A stretch of DNA of 63,108 bases, taken from an uncultured archaeon (GTDB lineage Archaea; Asgardarchaeota; Lokiarchaeia; Sigyniarchaeales; SOKP01). Of this stretch, positions 61,549-63,108 are shown one piece after another. Every line of letters begins with the position of its first letter. Position 1 is the first letter of the stretch. Location: the NCBI GenBank assembly GCA_964632315.1, contig CAZWEM010000022.1, positions 1 through 63,108 on the forward strand. Reading direction: 5' to 3'. The notes below the pieces were generated by a model that made no database searches, was not told where the DNA came from, and saw only the letters and a list, made by a program, of their open reading frames with translations. Position numbers and translations under genes: made by a program.

Positions 61549-63108
61549 CTAATCTGATCTTGAACGGCCTTTAGCATTGATTATTCTATCTACTCTTAAG
61601 ATTAGGTTTGCTAATTCGCTTCCAGATTTAATAATATGATTCACTAAAGCAGCAGGTTCTACTATTCCTTTTTCGAAATTATTTCCAATTGTATTTGAAA
61701 GTGTATCGATTCCTACCCATTTATCGTCATCTGTTTTATGAGCGGCTTTTAGAGCTGTCATTTGTTCAATCTCATCTAAACCCGCATTTTTAATCAGAGT
61801 CTTAGGAATTTCCTCTAGTGCTAAGGCAAATGCGTTAACGGCTAATTGTTCTTTTCCACTAATTTGATTTGCATATTCTCTGAGTCGTTTTGCAAGTTCT
61901 ATGTAGATAGCACCACCACCTGCAACTACTTTTTTTGTGTCAATAAGCTTAGCAATTACGGAAAGAACGTCATTAAGTGTAATCTCAGCCGTGCTTAGAA
62001 TCTTTTCTAGACCTCCCTTAAGTAAGATTGAAACGGATTTCGGATTTTTACAGCCTAAAAATAGTGTATAGTCATCGGTAGCTAGTTTTTGGAATTTAAC
62101 ACTGTCAGCATAACCCAAATCGTCTTCAGTTAAAGACTTCAAGTCATCAACTCTTTTTGCCCCTGTAGCTTTTGTTACTGCTTTAATGTCATCGTCGCTT
62201 AAACTTTTAATTGCAGCAATACCTTCCCTTGCCAAAAAAGCACCAAATTTATCTGATATATCTTGGCTATTAACAATGAAGTTAACTCCTAAGTCCTTGA
62301 AGACTTGTAAGAAACTTAGTAAAGTATCCTCTTCTTGATCTAGGAATTTCTGTATATCTGCTGGGTTTGAAATCCTAATTTGAGCATCAAATTCAGTTTT
62401 AGAAATGTCTAATTTCTTTCGTATAACCGCTATTTTCGCATTTTTAATTACATCTGGCATACTTGAACTTACTTTTTCTTTTTTAATATATACGCCATTA
62501 ATTAACTCGGAATCATTGAGAGACTTTCCAGGAGCTTTAACGATTTTTACGTTTGCAACCTTCGAAAAAGTATCTCCATCCTCTCCTCTAATTGCATTAA
62601 CTGCTCTAAGTGCCAAGTCTGAGAAAAAGTCTTTTAACCCAACAACATCTTTTGAGTTCATAGCTGTTACTGCGGCATTTTTAAGTATTTGGTTATCTCC
62701 TTCGGAGATTTCTTCTGCAATCTCATTAATAATAGCAAGTGCTTTATTGGCGGCAAGTCTATATCCGTGAGTAATTGGTTTTGGATGAATATTTTGTTCT
62801 ATTAGTTCTAAAGCGTTAGCTAAAAGTTGAGCCGAGAAAATAACTGCAGAAGTGGTTCCATCACCAATTTCCTCGTCTATGGATTTCGCGATGTTTACCA
62901 TCATATTTGCTGCAACATTCTCGATATCTAAATTTTTTAAGATTTCTGCTCCATCATTAGTAATTGTTATATCGCCCATACCATCAACTAGCATTTTATT
63001 CATTCCCATAGGTCCTAAAGTTGATCTCACGGTTTCGGTTATTGCCATCATCGCGTTAATATTTTGCATCCTAGCTTCTTTTTCTTTTGTTTCTTCAGTT
63101 CCTTCCTT
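61549..63108 (-). CDS. Thermosome / group II chaperonin subunit, 5' end outside the window
   Basis: Frame open to the edge (KEGTEETKEKEARM); STLGP.G, TNDG, GDGTTS, GGGA, NAG. Confidence 0.95.
   Translation of the reverse strand, partial: KEGTEETKEKEARMQNINAMMAITETVRSTLGPMGMNKMLVDGMGDITITNDGAEILKNLDIENVAANMMVNIAKSIDEEIGDGTTSAVIFSAQLLANALELIEQNIHPKPITHGYRLAANKALAIINEIAEEISEGDNQILKNAAVTAMNSKDVVGLKDFFSDLALRAVNAIRGEDGDTFSKVANVKIVKAPGKSLNDSELINGVYIKKEKVSSSMPDVIKNAKIAVIRKKLDISKTEFDAQIRISNPADIQKFLDQEEDTLLSFLQVFKDLGVNFIVNSQDISDKFGAFLAREGIAAIKSLSDDDIKAVTKATGAKRVDDLKSLTEDDLGYADSVKFQKLATDDYTLFLGCKNPKSVSILLKGGLEKILSTAEITLNDVLSVIAKLIDTKKVVAGGGAIYIELAKRLREYANQISGKEQLAVNAFALALEEIPKTLIKNAGLDEIEQMTALKAAHKTDDDKWVGIDTLSNTIGNNFEKGIVEPAALVNHIIKSGSELANLILRVDRIINAKGRSRSD

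Noticed and set aside
6291-62770. Numerous short ORFs opposite or inside long genes (e.g. 16479..16805, 24633..25064, 28497..29024, 36519..36929, 49101..49499, 62405..62770)
   Set aside because: Fully overlap well-supported genes and have no motifs; typical antisense or alternate-frame shadows
1-63108. CRISPR arrays, rRNA, transposases
   Set aside because: No regularly spaced repeats, no long GC-rich RNA block, and no transposase motifs seen by eye

Overview
AT-rich (roughly 30% GC by eye) archaeal chromosome segment. Gene content (Cdc48 with an HbYX tail, thermosome, Lrp/TrmB/ArsR regulators, a small GTPase, HdrABC, TATA promoters with GGAGG/GGGGT RBSs) best fits an Asgard archaeon, probably Lokiarchaeia; this is an inference. 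It contains: an edge-truncated MASE3 histidine kinase; a DAP lysine cluster (dapF, lysA, dapB, dapA); tRNA-Pro(TGG); a formate dehydrogenase-like enzyme plus polyferredoxin; an hsp20-cdc48-regulator-HEXXH heat-shock operon; a core-MetE-like protein; an orphan m6A methyltransferase; a putative quinone/O2 cluster (MenA-like prenyltransferase, flavin monooxygenase, rubredoxin-membrane protein, solitary CydA, methyltransferase); two metV-metF copies, one inside an hdrA::mvhD-hdrC-hdrB-metV-metF-lrp operon; feoAB; two ABC-2 exporters; PEPCK; and a thermosome subunit. Signals beyond the ORF track: a candidate C/D-box sRNA between lysA and dapB, apparent ATT start codons, a palindromic operator at the heat-shock promoter, and several structured intergenic elements. 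No CRISPR, rRNA, transposase or integrase was seen.
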